The notes beneath the pieces were generated by a model. It made no database searches, was not told the DNA's origin, and saw only the letters and a list, made by a program, of their open reading frames with translations. This document shows, one piece after another, positions 8,401-15,449 of a stretch of DNA of 32,000 bases; position 1 is the first letter of the stretch, and each line of letters begins with the position of its first letter. The position numbers were made by a program, and so were the translations under genes. The stretch spans positions 1 through 32,000 of the forward strand of contig JBAYVT010000003.1 in NCBI GenBank assembly GCA_041674405.1. Reading direction: 5' to 3'. The stretch is from Patescibacteria group bacterium. GTDB taxonomy: Bacteria; Patescibacteriota; UBA1384; XYA2-FULL-43-10.

Positions 8401-8984
8401 TCAAAGAAGGTACCCATACGCTAGGTATAGTTTTGTCTGATACTGAAGGCAACACAACTTCATCTTCGATAAATATCGAGATTGCCCAAAATGTAACTGC
8501 TACAATTATTTCTCCAGCAAATCAAAACTATCTTTCGAACCAAAAAATTGATCTTGTGGTGAATGTTCAGCCAACAAGCGAAAATGTCGTAATTCTAATC
8601 GACGGTAAACAAGTTCCTAACAATACAAAAATTGATTTAATCGGTTACCATCTCGGCAGACATACCATCGAAGTTCAGTTCGGTGATAAAATTATCGCCT
8701 CATCGGAATTTCAAATCGTAACAAATTATGACGACACAAGAAGTATTGTGGCTCGATTATCAAGAGAAAGGCACATTAAAAATGCAGGGATTGCACATGC
8801 GATAATTTCAAAATTGAAAACCGCTCAAATGATGGGCAAACGAAAGAACCCTATCCCCGAGAAAACAGCATTAATAAAGCTTGCATTATATATATTCAGG
8901 CAATCAATCGGGTCCAATGCAAAAATCGATGGCTACGCAAGGAATATTTTATTAGAACATATTAGTTATTTGGTAAAAGATTGA
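5472..8984 (+). CDS. large secreted multidomain protein: signal peptide, PQQ/BamB-like beta-propeller repeats, PHP-type metal phosphoesterase domain, Ig-like domains, helical C-terminal domain
   Basis: AAGGAGGGGG directly upstream of the ATG. N-terminal signal MKALIKLSAAIAAFLLILFAQSCSA (possible lipobox-like Cys). Repeats of the type DGQIIWQK, ETGDQNWK and ETGQQKTWD. PHP-like HCH...ALTEHN...ILAHPD...GDDY. Repeated roughly 90-aa beta-rich modules (e.g. PPSVSLVEP...VKFYLD...LTITAEDLAGN). C-terminal HIKNAGIAHAIISKLKTAQ... helical segment, FIMAH-like from memory. Confidence 0.85.
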   Translation: MKALIKLSAAIAAFLLILFAQSCSASDWPTQNSNNQNNPLAFDTFREGNNSYSINLGTITTGPTNVVANGIIYSTAEPASKTLSAYRLSDGQIIWQKSYNTSIYNIVYDSRNIYFASDEFYSLDAETGDQNWKSSICGTKICKVLRIDGNNIYGYRTTSIPSAQIILLDKISSNLIAQNTTASTTMNIDVEIDNSSLYLMSQYSGGAITNVYKLNKSDLTLEKQLDNCPVRAYGGLLDIEYSKLYLSADTVLCTYDLNTLTLNKNLSAGTFGAFVKYGNNIYGKGSYSVSSFGANETTPLPKFFQTIGMTPSSNALVVNGVLYYGTNTGKIWGYNLETGQQKTWDIEVGSAINSLKYSDGHFIITSRVSNLYKLFVVDLNNLSLRLTNFTLNISSPYNLSGTNQYLGQIHCHYIPDFAIWNKIWNREPSPEFTANAYKEKGYDFVALTEHNQVVSMPVTDGILQIQNSEESTQGLGKHHLLALGINDPINDESSDQDRINQINSQNGIAILAHPDSWVYGALSATIEKLSGLKYLETYSHGTKQYMPDAFAFDDFDYLLSKRNNKFLTAGDDYTPGDGFIDGGAIVVFAQNNSQLEIMNNIRNGNFYALQGSGAPRINNISADSISMSISVNEPSTITFIGKNGNKLKSEKNASSSIYSFQGDEIYVRAEIKSDKTGKYAWSQPIYISEDQQSITIGSGLHTTTLENMILNSNSNNAIFAKTVATQDTPSATPPTGYLSPIYQFTTEGQVNPGTILSISYKHENLPVNPKKLSIYSFDELSNSWNPIPSVVDEENMSVAANLEHFSYYTLGADIPDDIEPPSVSLVEPVDLSNISGETLLVANASDNEAVVSVKFYLDQKLIDTDLDSRNGWTANLDSTNTISGIHKLTITAEDLAGNLSSENYDVTIASHIAAPTISLNSPSENQRLFVDSDIQGNYLSSITVEQIGIYLDNVFVKNASVDKEKSTFLEKMNWSQFKEGTHTLGIVLSDTEGNTTSSSINIEIAQNVTATIISPANQNYLSNQKIDLVVNVQPTSENVVILIDGKQVPNNTKIDLIGYHLGRHTIEVQFGDKIIASSEFQIVTNYDDTRSIVARLSRERHIKNAGIAHAIISKLKTAQMMGKRKNPIPEKTALIKLALYIFRQSIGSNAKIDGYARNILLEHISYLVKD

Positions 8985-8987
8985 ACA

Positions 8988-9218
8988 TCACAAAGCCACA
9001 AATATACCGAATAATCCAACCGCTAGAATTACAATCGACAATATCATCCCAATCACACTCACCCAGAGAGGATATTTTTTGCGATATGTAATTAAAAAAA
9101 TTATAGGGTAGATAATCAACAATACTAATAATGCTCTATATCCCCAAATTAGAAAAAATAACGAGATAACAAAAAGCAACAAGGCTATAGTTCCGCTAAT
9201 TGATGTTTTATTTTTCAT
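8988..9218 (-). CDS. small membrane protein (2-3 predicted TM helices)
   Basis: Hydrophobic ORF. I prefer the start MKNKTSISG at 9218 because AAGGAGGGAA sits directly upstream (reverse complement of 9219-9228). The ORF-track start at 9245 has no SD. Confidence 0.55.
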   Translation of the reverse strand: MKNKTSISGTIALLLFVISLFFLIWGYRALLVLLIIYPIIFLITYRKKYPLWVSVIGMILSIVILAVGLFGIFVAL

Positions 9219-9252
9219 TTCCCTCCTTAATTTTATTTTCAACATTCATTAT

Positions 9253-9341
9253 AAAACAAACTGATCAATTTATCTAGCCGCTTGGGCTAACTCGCAAACG
9301 TAACACTTTCTTCGCGACCGCGGAAGAATTGTTACGTTTTT
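9253..9341 (+). repeat. 89-nt dispersed element, copy 2
   Basis: Same 89 nt as 3912-4000, in the same orientation, with 1 mismatch. It lies between the miaB-like stop (9365) and the small membrane ORF. Confidence 0.95.
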
Positions 9342-9364
9342 CTTCTTGATATGAATTCTAGAAA

Positions 9365-10510
9365 TTATTTTTTATTTACTAAGTCGTTCAGGATTCGCCA
9401 GCGACGCTGTTTTTCGCTCCAGAGAACAGGATCACCGAGCTTGTAAGCTGCAGTGCCGGAGCGGGGTGAATACTTGTTGACGTAGGCAAGAGAAAAATTA
9501 ACTTTTTTGAAAACTTCTATAGTTTCTTCGAAATCCTTTTCTGTTTCCCCCGGAAATCCAACTATTACATCTGTTGTGATCTTGATATCCGAATTTGCTT
9601 TTCGAATTTTGTCGATAATTTTCAAATATTGTGATTTTGTATAGGGGCGATTCATTGCTTTCAAAATTTTATCCGATCCGGATTGGAGCGGAAGGTGAAT
9701 CTCTTTTTTGACTTTTGGCAATATCGCAACTGCTTCAATAATATCACCTGCCATGTCCTTTGGGTGGTTCGACATAAAAGAAATAATGAAATTGCCCGGG
9801 AGATCATTTAAATCTTCCAGTAGTATGGCAAAATCAGATTTACTTTTAAGTTTTGAGTTGAGATCCCTCGACTCCGCTCGGGATGACTCCGCTGCGTCGC
9901 TTTTGATCCCGAAGGGACCCCCTTGGGGCTTTGTCTTTTGATTTATTTTGTATGAATTTACGTTTTGCCCCAAAAGCATGATTTCTGACTCACCACGATG
10001 GATTAGCGCCTTTACATCTAGTATGACATCTTCATACGGCCTCGACTTTTCCCGTCCGCGAGTATAAGGTACAGCACAATATGAACAAAAATTATTGCAC
10101 CCAATCATAATAGGCACATAATTGCTAGTATTGCCTGCCCCGAGCGCAGTCGAAGGGTTGAATTTTTGGATTGTTAAATTGCTGGATGGGCCTACATCTT
10201 TAGGCAATAATTTAGCAAGAGATTCAAAACTAGATGAATCGAATAGCTTGATGCCCCTACTCGTAAATTTCTTTTTGTCGCTATCAAGAATGCAGCCACC
10301 GACCAGAATTTTCTTATCCTTCCAATTTTTTATCCGGCCAAATATGCGGTCGATTGCAGTTTGCCGTACAGAGCAGGCGAGGATAATGACTATTTCTGCG
10401 TCTGCCGGTTTTTTAGTTTCCAAAAAATCAAGCTGGTCGAGAAAATATTTAACTCTCGCGCCATCCCATTCATTGTATTGGCATCCAATTATCCAAAGAT
10501 AATATTTCAT
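9365..10510 (-). CDS. miaB: MiaB-like radical-SAM methylthiotransferase (no evident C-terminal TRAM domain; internal GC-rich insertion)
   Basis: N-terminal IIGCQYNEWDG (MTTase domain), the radical-SAM CNNFCSYCAVPYTRGRE motif, and LLGQNVNSY. It ends about 60 aa earlier than the canonical MiaB I remember. Confidence 0.8.
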   Translation of the reverse strand: MKYYLWIIGCQYNEWDGARVKYFLDQLDFLETKKPADAEIVIILACSVRQTAIDRIFGRIKNWKDKKILVGGCILDSDKKKFTSRGIKLFDSSSFESLAKLLPKDVGPSSNLTIQKFNPSTALGAGNTSNYVPIMIGCNNFCSYCAVPYTRGREKSRPYEDVILDVKALIHRGESEIMLLGQNVNSYKINQKTKPQGGPFGIKSDAAESSRAESRDLNSKLKSKSDFAILLEDLNDLPGNFIISFMSNHPKDMAGDIIEAVAILPKVKKEIHLPLQSGSDKILKAMNRPYTKSQYLKIIDKIRKANSDIKITTDVIVGFPGETEKDFEETIEVFKKVNFSLAYVNKYSPRSGTAAYKLGDPVLWSEKQRRWRILNDLVNKK

Positions 10511-10518
10511 CTGTAATT

Positions 10519-10546
10519 ACAAAATGCCTGAAATCAGGCATTTTGT
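10519..10546 (-). terminator. intrinsic-terminator-like hairpin after rplY
   Basis: ACAAAATGCCTGA / TCAGGCATTTTGT near-perfect 12-13-bp stem with A/T-run flanks, located between the rplY stop (10565) and the miaB-like start (10510). Confidence 0.6.
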
Positions 10547-10564
10547 AAATTTATTTATATCAAA

Positions 10565-11263
10565 TTATTCTTCTTTTTTCTCTTCAGCCGGGGTTTCTTC
10601 AGAACCTTCAGCAGTCTCAGCTTCGCCAGCTTCTTCACCTTCGGCTTTTTCGCCTTCAACTTCGACAGCTTCCACATTTTCGACAACTTCTTCGTTCAGA
10701 GCCTCAAGCTCTTCCTCTGATCTCGGTGGCTGGACAATAACAACTACCTCTTCCGGATCATCAAGGATTTCGATCTTATCCGAAACTCGCAAGTCTCCCA
10801 CTTTGATATTTTGTTCAAAGTCGGTCAAGACCGAAACATCAACATCGATGTGGTCCACAAGATCGGATGGCAAACACTCTACTTCGACAGCGTCTTTGTT
10901 CATGATCATGCTGCCTTCCTGGTTGATAACAAGATCGGTTTCTCCGATGATTTCAAGAGGAATTTCAGTTTTAATCTTTTCTTTAAGATTAACCTTGTAA
11001 AAATCAATGTGTTCGATTTTCTCAGTCACCGGATTTGTTTGAATTTCATGAATAAGGACTTTGATCTTCTGGTCTCCAACGCCAAGATCGACAAGGTTTG
11101 ACGATCCCGCGTCACGGAAAAGCCTGTTAAATGCAGTTTCGTCTACAGAAATATTGATAGGATCGAAACCTTTTCCATAAATTATTGCAGGAATTTTTCC
11201 TGCGTTTCTTATTTTTTTTGCGTTCTCTTCGCGCTTTTCAGCACTAAAGGTAAAATCTGTCAT
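10565..11263 (-). CDS. rplY: 50S ribosomal protein L25 / general stress protein Ctc, with acidic C-terminal tail
   Basis: REENAKKIRNAGKIPAIIYGKG and the L25/Ctc two-domain pattern. ATG 11263 follows GGGAG; the ORF-track TTG at 11275 overlaps that SD. Confidence 0.9.
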   Translation of the reverse strand: MTDFTFSAEKREENAKKIRNAGKIPAIIYGKGFDPINISVDETAFNRLFRDAGSSNLVDLGVGDQKIKVLIHEIQTNPVTEKIEHIDFYKVNLKEKIKTEIPLEIIGETDLVINQEGSMIMNKDAVEVECLPSDLVDHIDVDVSVLTDFEQNIKVGDLRVSDKIEILDDPEEVVVIVQPPRSEEELEALNEEVVENVEAVEVEGEKAEGEEAGEAETAEGSEETPAEEKKEE

Positions 11264-11303
11264 TTCTGCTCCCAAAATGATGAGTATATATCAGTGCAAA
11301 AGA

Positions 11304-11606
11304 CTAAATCTCCTGCTTGAAAATTTCCTGGAATGTCCCCTTAAATTCTTTTAGGAACTTGTGAGTTTCAATTACGTCGTTTGAAATAATTGGATCACCC
11401 GACTTGTTGGTAATTGCAGCCTTGTCATTCAACATGACTGTTGCCAAAAGGGGCATGTGATCTTTACACAAAAGTTCGAGGAAACAGACAGAATCAACAA
11501 CCCCTCGAATTTTTATGTCATCAAAACAATACTGCTTGCCGCATTGAGGGCAACGGACATTTTTCTGAACGGTGCGGATCAAATTCGACAGGTCATTGTG
11601 ATTCAT
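11304..11606 (-). CDS. hypothetical small protein with CPQCG zinc-ribbon knuckle
   Basis: 100-aa ORF containing RCPQCGKQYCF. It has its own strong promoter immediately upstream (next feature) and almost no 5' UTR. No family recognised. Confidence 0.55.
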   Translation of the reverse strand: MNHNDLSNLIRTVQKNVRCPQCGKQYCFDDIKIRGVVDSVCFLELLCKDHMPLLATVMLNDKAAITNKSGDPIISNDVIETHKFLKEFKGTFQEIFKQEI

Positions 11607-11616
11607 ATCTTAACGC

Positions 11617-11646
11617 ATTATACCCAATTAAACCTAAAAAAGTCAA
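11617..11646 (-). promoter_or_regulatory. sigma70-like promoter, probably giving a leaderless or near-leaderless mRNA
   Basis: Minus strand reads TTGACT (rc of 11641-46), an 18-nt spacer, then TATAAT (rc of 11617-22). The ATG at 11606 lies only 10 nt after the -10 and no SD is present. Confidence 0.5.
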
Positions 11647-11654
11647 GTGTGATT

Positions 11655-13655
11655 CTACTTCATCTTAGATTCCAAAATTGTGATTGAGTCGCGAATTTCA
11701 GCTGCTTTTTCAAATTCCAAATTTTTAGCAGCTTCGTACATGTCACGCTCAAGCTCAAAAATCTGTTTTTTCTTTTCACTTTTTGAGAGTACAACAAAAT
11801 CTTTTTCAATAAATTGTAATTTTTTCTCTTGTTTAATTTCTTTTTCTTTCACTGCTTTCTCAATGCTTTTTGGAATAATTCCATGAACTTTATTATATCG
11901 ATCTTGAAGTACCCTTCTCCTTTGGGTTTCGGAAATTGCATACTTCATTGACCTGGTGATGGTGTCGGCATACATGATCACTTTGCCATCTTTGTGCCGT
12001 GCCGCACGGCCAATGGTTTGGATCAAAGAAACAGAAGATCGTAAAAATCCTTCTTTGTCAGCATCCAAAATCGCCACAAGCGAAACTTCGGGCAAATCCA
12101 GACCCTCACGTAGGAGATTTATTCCGACAAGAACGTCAAATTCACCCAGCCTCAAGGAGTGTAATATTTCTGATCGTTCCAATGTGTCGATATCAGAATG
12201 CAAATACTGAACCTTGATTTTTTTCTCAGCCAAAAAGTCAGTGAGTTCTTCTGCCATACGCTTAGTTAGTGTGGTAACTAAAACTCTTTCATGTTTCTCC
12301 GTTCGCTTTTCCATTTCAGAGATCAAATCATTTATTTGGCCTTCTGTTTTTCGAATCTCAACCTCCGGATCCAAAAGCCCGGTCGGACGAATTAATTGTT
12401 CAATAACCGCTGGATAATCCTTGTGCTTACCAGAAACTTCATTATCTTTGGTGCTTTTTTCAATTTCATACTCGTCCGGCGTTGCCGAAGTATATATTGT
12501 TTGGCTTATTTTTTTGTAAAATTCAGGAAATTTAAGCGGGCGATTGTCGATTGCTGCTGGCAACCTAAATCCATATTCAACCAGCTTTTCTTTTCGAGCC
12601 CGATCGCCAGCATACATACCCCGAACCTGAGGAATTGTCATGTGAGATTCATCAATCACTAAAAGAAAATCTTTGGGAAAGTAATCGATGAGCACATTTG
12701 GTGGTTCGCCAGGATTCCTGCTATCAAAATATCTTGAATAATTCTCAATACCGGAACAATAACCGACATTCTCAATCATCTCAAGATCATAATTTGTCCT
12801 TTCTTCTATCCTTTGGGCTTCAAGAAGTTTTCCATCTGATTTAAATTTTGCAACCTGTGCCTCAAGATCTTTTCGAATTTGTTCCGTGGCTCGTTTTTGA
12901 ATATTTTCCGGAGTGATAAAATGTTTCGCAGGAAATACCTCAAATTCCTCCAAGTCTTGCAATTTACCTCCGGTAACCCAATCGATTTCTGAAATTCTTT
13001 CAACCTGATTGCCAAAAAATTCCACTTTAATGGAGTTATTCGCATAGGCGGGAAATATTTCAAAGGTATCACCCTTTAGGCGAAAGGTACCACGTTTGAG
13101 CTCCAGGTCGTTACGGCTGTACTGCTGGTTGGTTAATTTTTTCAAGAACTCGTCACGGGAAATATTTTCACCAATTCGAAATGTAAAGTTTTCTGACCGA
13201 TACAATTCCGGCGAACCGATGCCATAGATGCAGGATACCGACGCGACTATAATTACATCTTTGCGGGTCAAGAGCGCATGAGTGGCTGCGTGGCGCAATC
13301 GATCAATTTCATCATTAATTGATGAATCTTTTTCTATATATGTGTCGGTCTGTGGTATATACGCTTCGGGCTGGTAATAATCATAATAAGAAACAAAATA
13401 ATGAACTGCATTTTCTGGGAAAAATTCGCGGAATTCGTCTGCGAGCTGGGCCGCAAGAGTTTTGTTGTGGGCAATAACAAGTGTCGGTTTCTGCACTTTT
13501 TCAATAACATTTGCAATCGTAAAAGTTTTTCCCGATCCGGTCACACCCAAAAGGGTCTGATGCTTTACTTTTTCATCAATGTTTTTTGCCAATCTCTCGA
13601 TGGCCTGAGGCTGATCGCCCATTGGCTTAAATTTTGAATGTATTTTAAATTTCAT
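11655..13655 (-). CDS. uvrB: excinuclease ABC subunit B
   Basis: [10 protein letters not shown] Walker A, DESHMT helicase motif, the C-terminal UVR motif ([11 protein letters not shown]), and full-length collinearity with UvrB. Confidence 0.97.
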   Translation of the reverse strand: MKFKIHSKFKPMGDQPQAIERLAKNIDEKVKHQTLLGVTGSGKTFTIANVIEKVQKPTLVIAHNKTLAAQLADEFREFFPENAVHYFVSYYDYYQPEAYIPQTDTYIEKDSSINDEIDRLRHAATHALLTRKDVIIVASVSCIYGIGSPELYRSENFTFRIGENISRDEFLKKLTNQQYSRNDLELKRGTFRLKGDTFEIFPAYANNSIKVEFFGNQVERISEIDWVTGGKLQDLEEFEVFPAKHFITPENIQKRATEQIRKDLEAQVAKFKSDGKLLEAQRIEERTNYDLEMIENVGYCSGIENYSRYFDSRNPGEPPNVLIDYFPKDFLLVIDESHMTIPQVRGMYAGDRARKEKLVEYGFRLPAAIDNRPLKFPEFYKKISQTIYTSATPDEYEIEKSTKDNEVSGKHKDYPAVIEQLIRPTGLLDPEVEIRKTEGQINDLISEMEKRTEKHERVLVTTLTKRMAEELTDFLAEKKIKVQYLHSDIDTLERSEILHSLRLGEFDVLVGINLLREGLDLPEVSLVAILDADKEGFLRSSVSLIQTIGRAARHKDGKVIMYADTITRSMKYAISETQRRRVLQDRYNKVHGIIPKSIEKAVKEKEIKQEKKLQFIEKDFVVLSKSEKKKQIFELERDMYEAAKNLEFEKAAEIRDSITILESKMK

Positions 13656-14323
13656 TTTTTGTGTTCATTCCGCCATTTTTCGATTTCTGCATGATTTCCG
13701 TTCTGCAAAACTTCAGGTACTTTCCACCCATTATATTCCACCGGTCGGGTATATACTGGATAGTCGGATTCATCGCCGTTCATAAATGATTCGTTGGCAG
13801 CAGATTCCTCTTTGATTACACCCGGAATCATCCTTGATATTGTATCAATCATCACCATTGCCGGAAGTTCTCCACCGGTTAGGACATAATCGCCAATTGA
13901 AATTTCTTCATCAACCAAATGCTCGTGAATTCGCTGGTCAAAACCTTCATAATGCCCGGCAATAAGTGTGAGCTCATCATATTTTGCAAGCTCGATAGCC
14001 TTCTTTTGATCAAATTTCGTGCCAGTTGGAGTTAATAAAATAGTTCTTACTTTTTTTCGATTTGAGATTTGCCCGCCCTGAGCGAGGCCGAAGGGAGATT
14101 TGAGATTTGAGATTGCGTGATCGACAATGTCGACGCGCAAAACCATCCCGGCGCCACCACCATACGGGGTATCATCGACGGTTTTGTGCTTGTCGATGGC
14201 AAAATCGCGCAAATTTATGAGGTTGATATCGATTAAACTATTTTTCTGAGCACGTTTAAGAATACTCTCAGAGAGAGGCCCCTCGAACATCTTTGGAAAT
14301 AATGTAATGACATTGAATTTCAT
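13652..14323 (-). CDS. trmD: tRNA (guanine37-N1)-methyltransferase TrmD
   Basis: [46 protein letters not shown] and [11 protein letters not shown]. 4-nt overlap with the uvrB start. Confidence 0.95.
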   Translation of the reverse strand: MKFNVITLFPKMFEGPLSESILKRAQKNSLIDINLINLRDFAIDKHKTVDDTPYGGGAGMVLRVDIVDHAISNLKSPFGLAQGGQISNRKKVRTILLTPTGTKFDQKKAIELAKYDELTLIAGHYEGFDQRIHEHLVDEEISIGDYVLTGGELPAMVMIDTISRMIPGVIKEESAANESFMNGDESDYPVYTRPVEYNGWKVPEVLQNGNHAEIEKWRNEHKK

Positions 14324-14374
14324 ATTTGTCCAAAAATTATACTTGATTACTCGTAATTTGTCTATGATAACAAA

Positions 14375-14405
14375 AAGCCGCTAAACAATTGAGCTGTGGC
14401 GGCTT
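14375..14405 (-). terminator. weak hairpin plus T-run between the KH-protein gene and trmD
   Basis: Minus strand reads AAGCCGC, a 17-nt loop, then GCGGCTTTTTG. The stem is short and the loop long. Confidence 0.35.
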
Positions 14406-14436
14406 CTTGTATTGAATGTATTATCTGTGCAAATCT

Positions 14437-14459
14437 GACCCAAAGGGTCCCCTTCGGGG
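14437..14459. other. twin GC-rich mini-hairpins in an AT-rich spacer
   Basis: GACCC-AAA-GGGTC (14437-49) immediately followed by CCC-TTCG-GGG (14450-59). Shares the CCCGAAGGG/CCCTTCGGG core with insertions in the miaB-like gene and trmD. Confidence 0.5.
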
Positions 14460-14479
14460 TGAAATAGATCTGTGAGCGT

Positions 14480-14836
14480 CTATTCTTCGTCCAGTACATC
14501 TCCGGGAATGTCAGACATCTCATCGTTTTTTTCTTCTACTTTTTCTTCTGCAGATTCTTCAGATTTTTCGTCTTTTCTTACGTGATCAGATCCCTCTGGC
14601 TCAACAATCTTCAGGTTAACTCTTGCATTATTTTTGGCCCCGAGAACTCGAAGTAAGGTTCTAATTGATTTTGCAGTTTTTCCCTCTTTACCGATAATTT
14701 TACCCATATCAGCAGGATCAACGGTAAGCTCGATCAAGACTCCCATTTCATCAACAGTTCTCGCAGTTGAAACCTTATCCGGATTGTCAACAATTGCCTT
14801 AACCACGTCTTGCACAAATTGCTCGTCTCTTTCCAT
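14480..14836 (-). CDS. khpA: KH-domain RNA-binding protein (UPF0109/KhpA-like) with acidic tail
   Basis: VDPADMGKIIGKEGKTAKSIRTLL (GxxG KH motif). Occupies the conserved position after rpsP. Confidence 0.85.
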   Translation of the reverse strand: MERDEQFVQDVVKAIVDNPDKVSTARTVDEMGVLIELTVDPADMGKIIGKEGKTAKSIRTLLRVLGAKNNARVNLKIVEPEGSDHVRKDEKSEESAEEKVEEKNDEMSDIPGDVLDEE

Positions 14837-14884
14837 AAAAATCCTTTCTTGCTTGTGCCCCCTCGCATTATTAATGAATAATAA

Positions 14885-15403
14885 TTATTCCTTGCTCGTA
14901 TCTTCTGCTTTTACTTCTTCATTTGTCTCAGTATTTTCAGCAGTTTCAGCCGGGACCTCAGTTTGAGACTCGGGTTCCGTTTTTTCTTCTTGTGGCATTT
15001 CGGTATTTTCCGATTCCTGCGTTTCTTCGGCCGGTTCTGCTACTGCGTTATCCCCCTCAACTTCGGCTTCTTTTGTTTCAGCTGCCGGTTTGGCTTCAGC
15101 ACTTTCTTTCATGGCCTTTTTTGTCTTTTCTCTGCCATATACTTTGTTTATTTTGTCGCTTTTTTTCAAAATCCCCAAATCCGCCATTAAATTGCGAACG
15201 GTGTCTGATGGAATTGCGCCTTTTTCCATCCAAAAAAGAGCCCGATCTTTGTCAATAACAATCTCTTTGGGCTGCAAAATTGGATTATAGTGTCCAATTA
15301 CTTCAATAAATTTTCTTTTAACTGCTCTTCTTCTGTCGGCCACAACCACGCGGTAGGCGGGACTGTTTTTCTTGCCAACTCTGGTTAATCTGATTACTAC
15401 CAT
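14885..15403 (-). CDS. rpsP: 30S ribosomal protein S16 with long acidic C-terminal extension
   Basis: MVVIRLTRVGKKNSPAYRVVVADRR...GHYNP. ATG 15403 follows GGAGAAGGA; the ORF-track start at 15448 is an upstream extension. Confidence 0.93.
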   Translation of the reverse strand: MVVIRLTRVGKKNSPAYRVVVADRRRAVKRKFIEVIGHYNPILQPKEIVIDKDRALFWMEKGAIPSDTVRNLMADLGILKKSDKINKVYGREKTKKAMKESAEAKPAAETKEAEVEGDNAVAEPAEETQESENTEMPQEEKTEPESQTEVPAETAENTETNEEVKAEDTSKE

Positions 15404-15449
15404 TATCCTTCTCCCGATTTTCTTATAAGACTGCTCATAGATTAACAAA

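Noticed and set aside
3912-9341. Calling the three hairpin repeats a CRISPR array.
   Set aside because: There are only three copies. They are spaced about 1.4 and 3.9 kb apart with full genes between them, one copy is inverted, and no cas genes are present.
10524-11000. 158-aa Ser/Thr-rich plus-strand ORF, with similar antisense ORFs at 20819-21490 (-), 14634-14966 (+), 14923-15258 (+) and 9708-10502 (+).
   Set aside because: They are antisense to strongly supported rplY, der, KH/rpsP and miaB-like genes. Their composition simply mirrors the acidic or low-complexity sense sequence.
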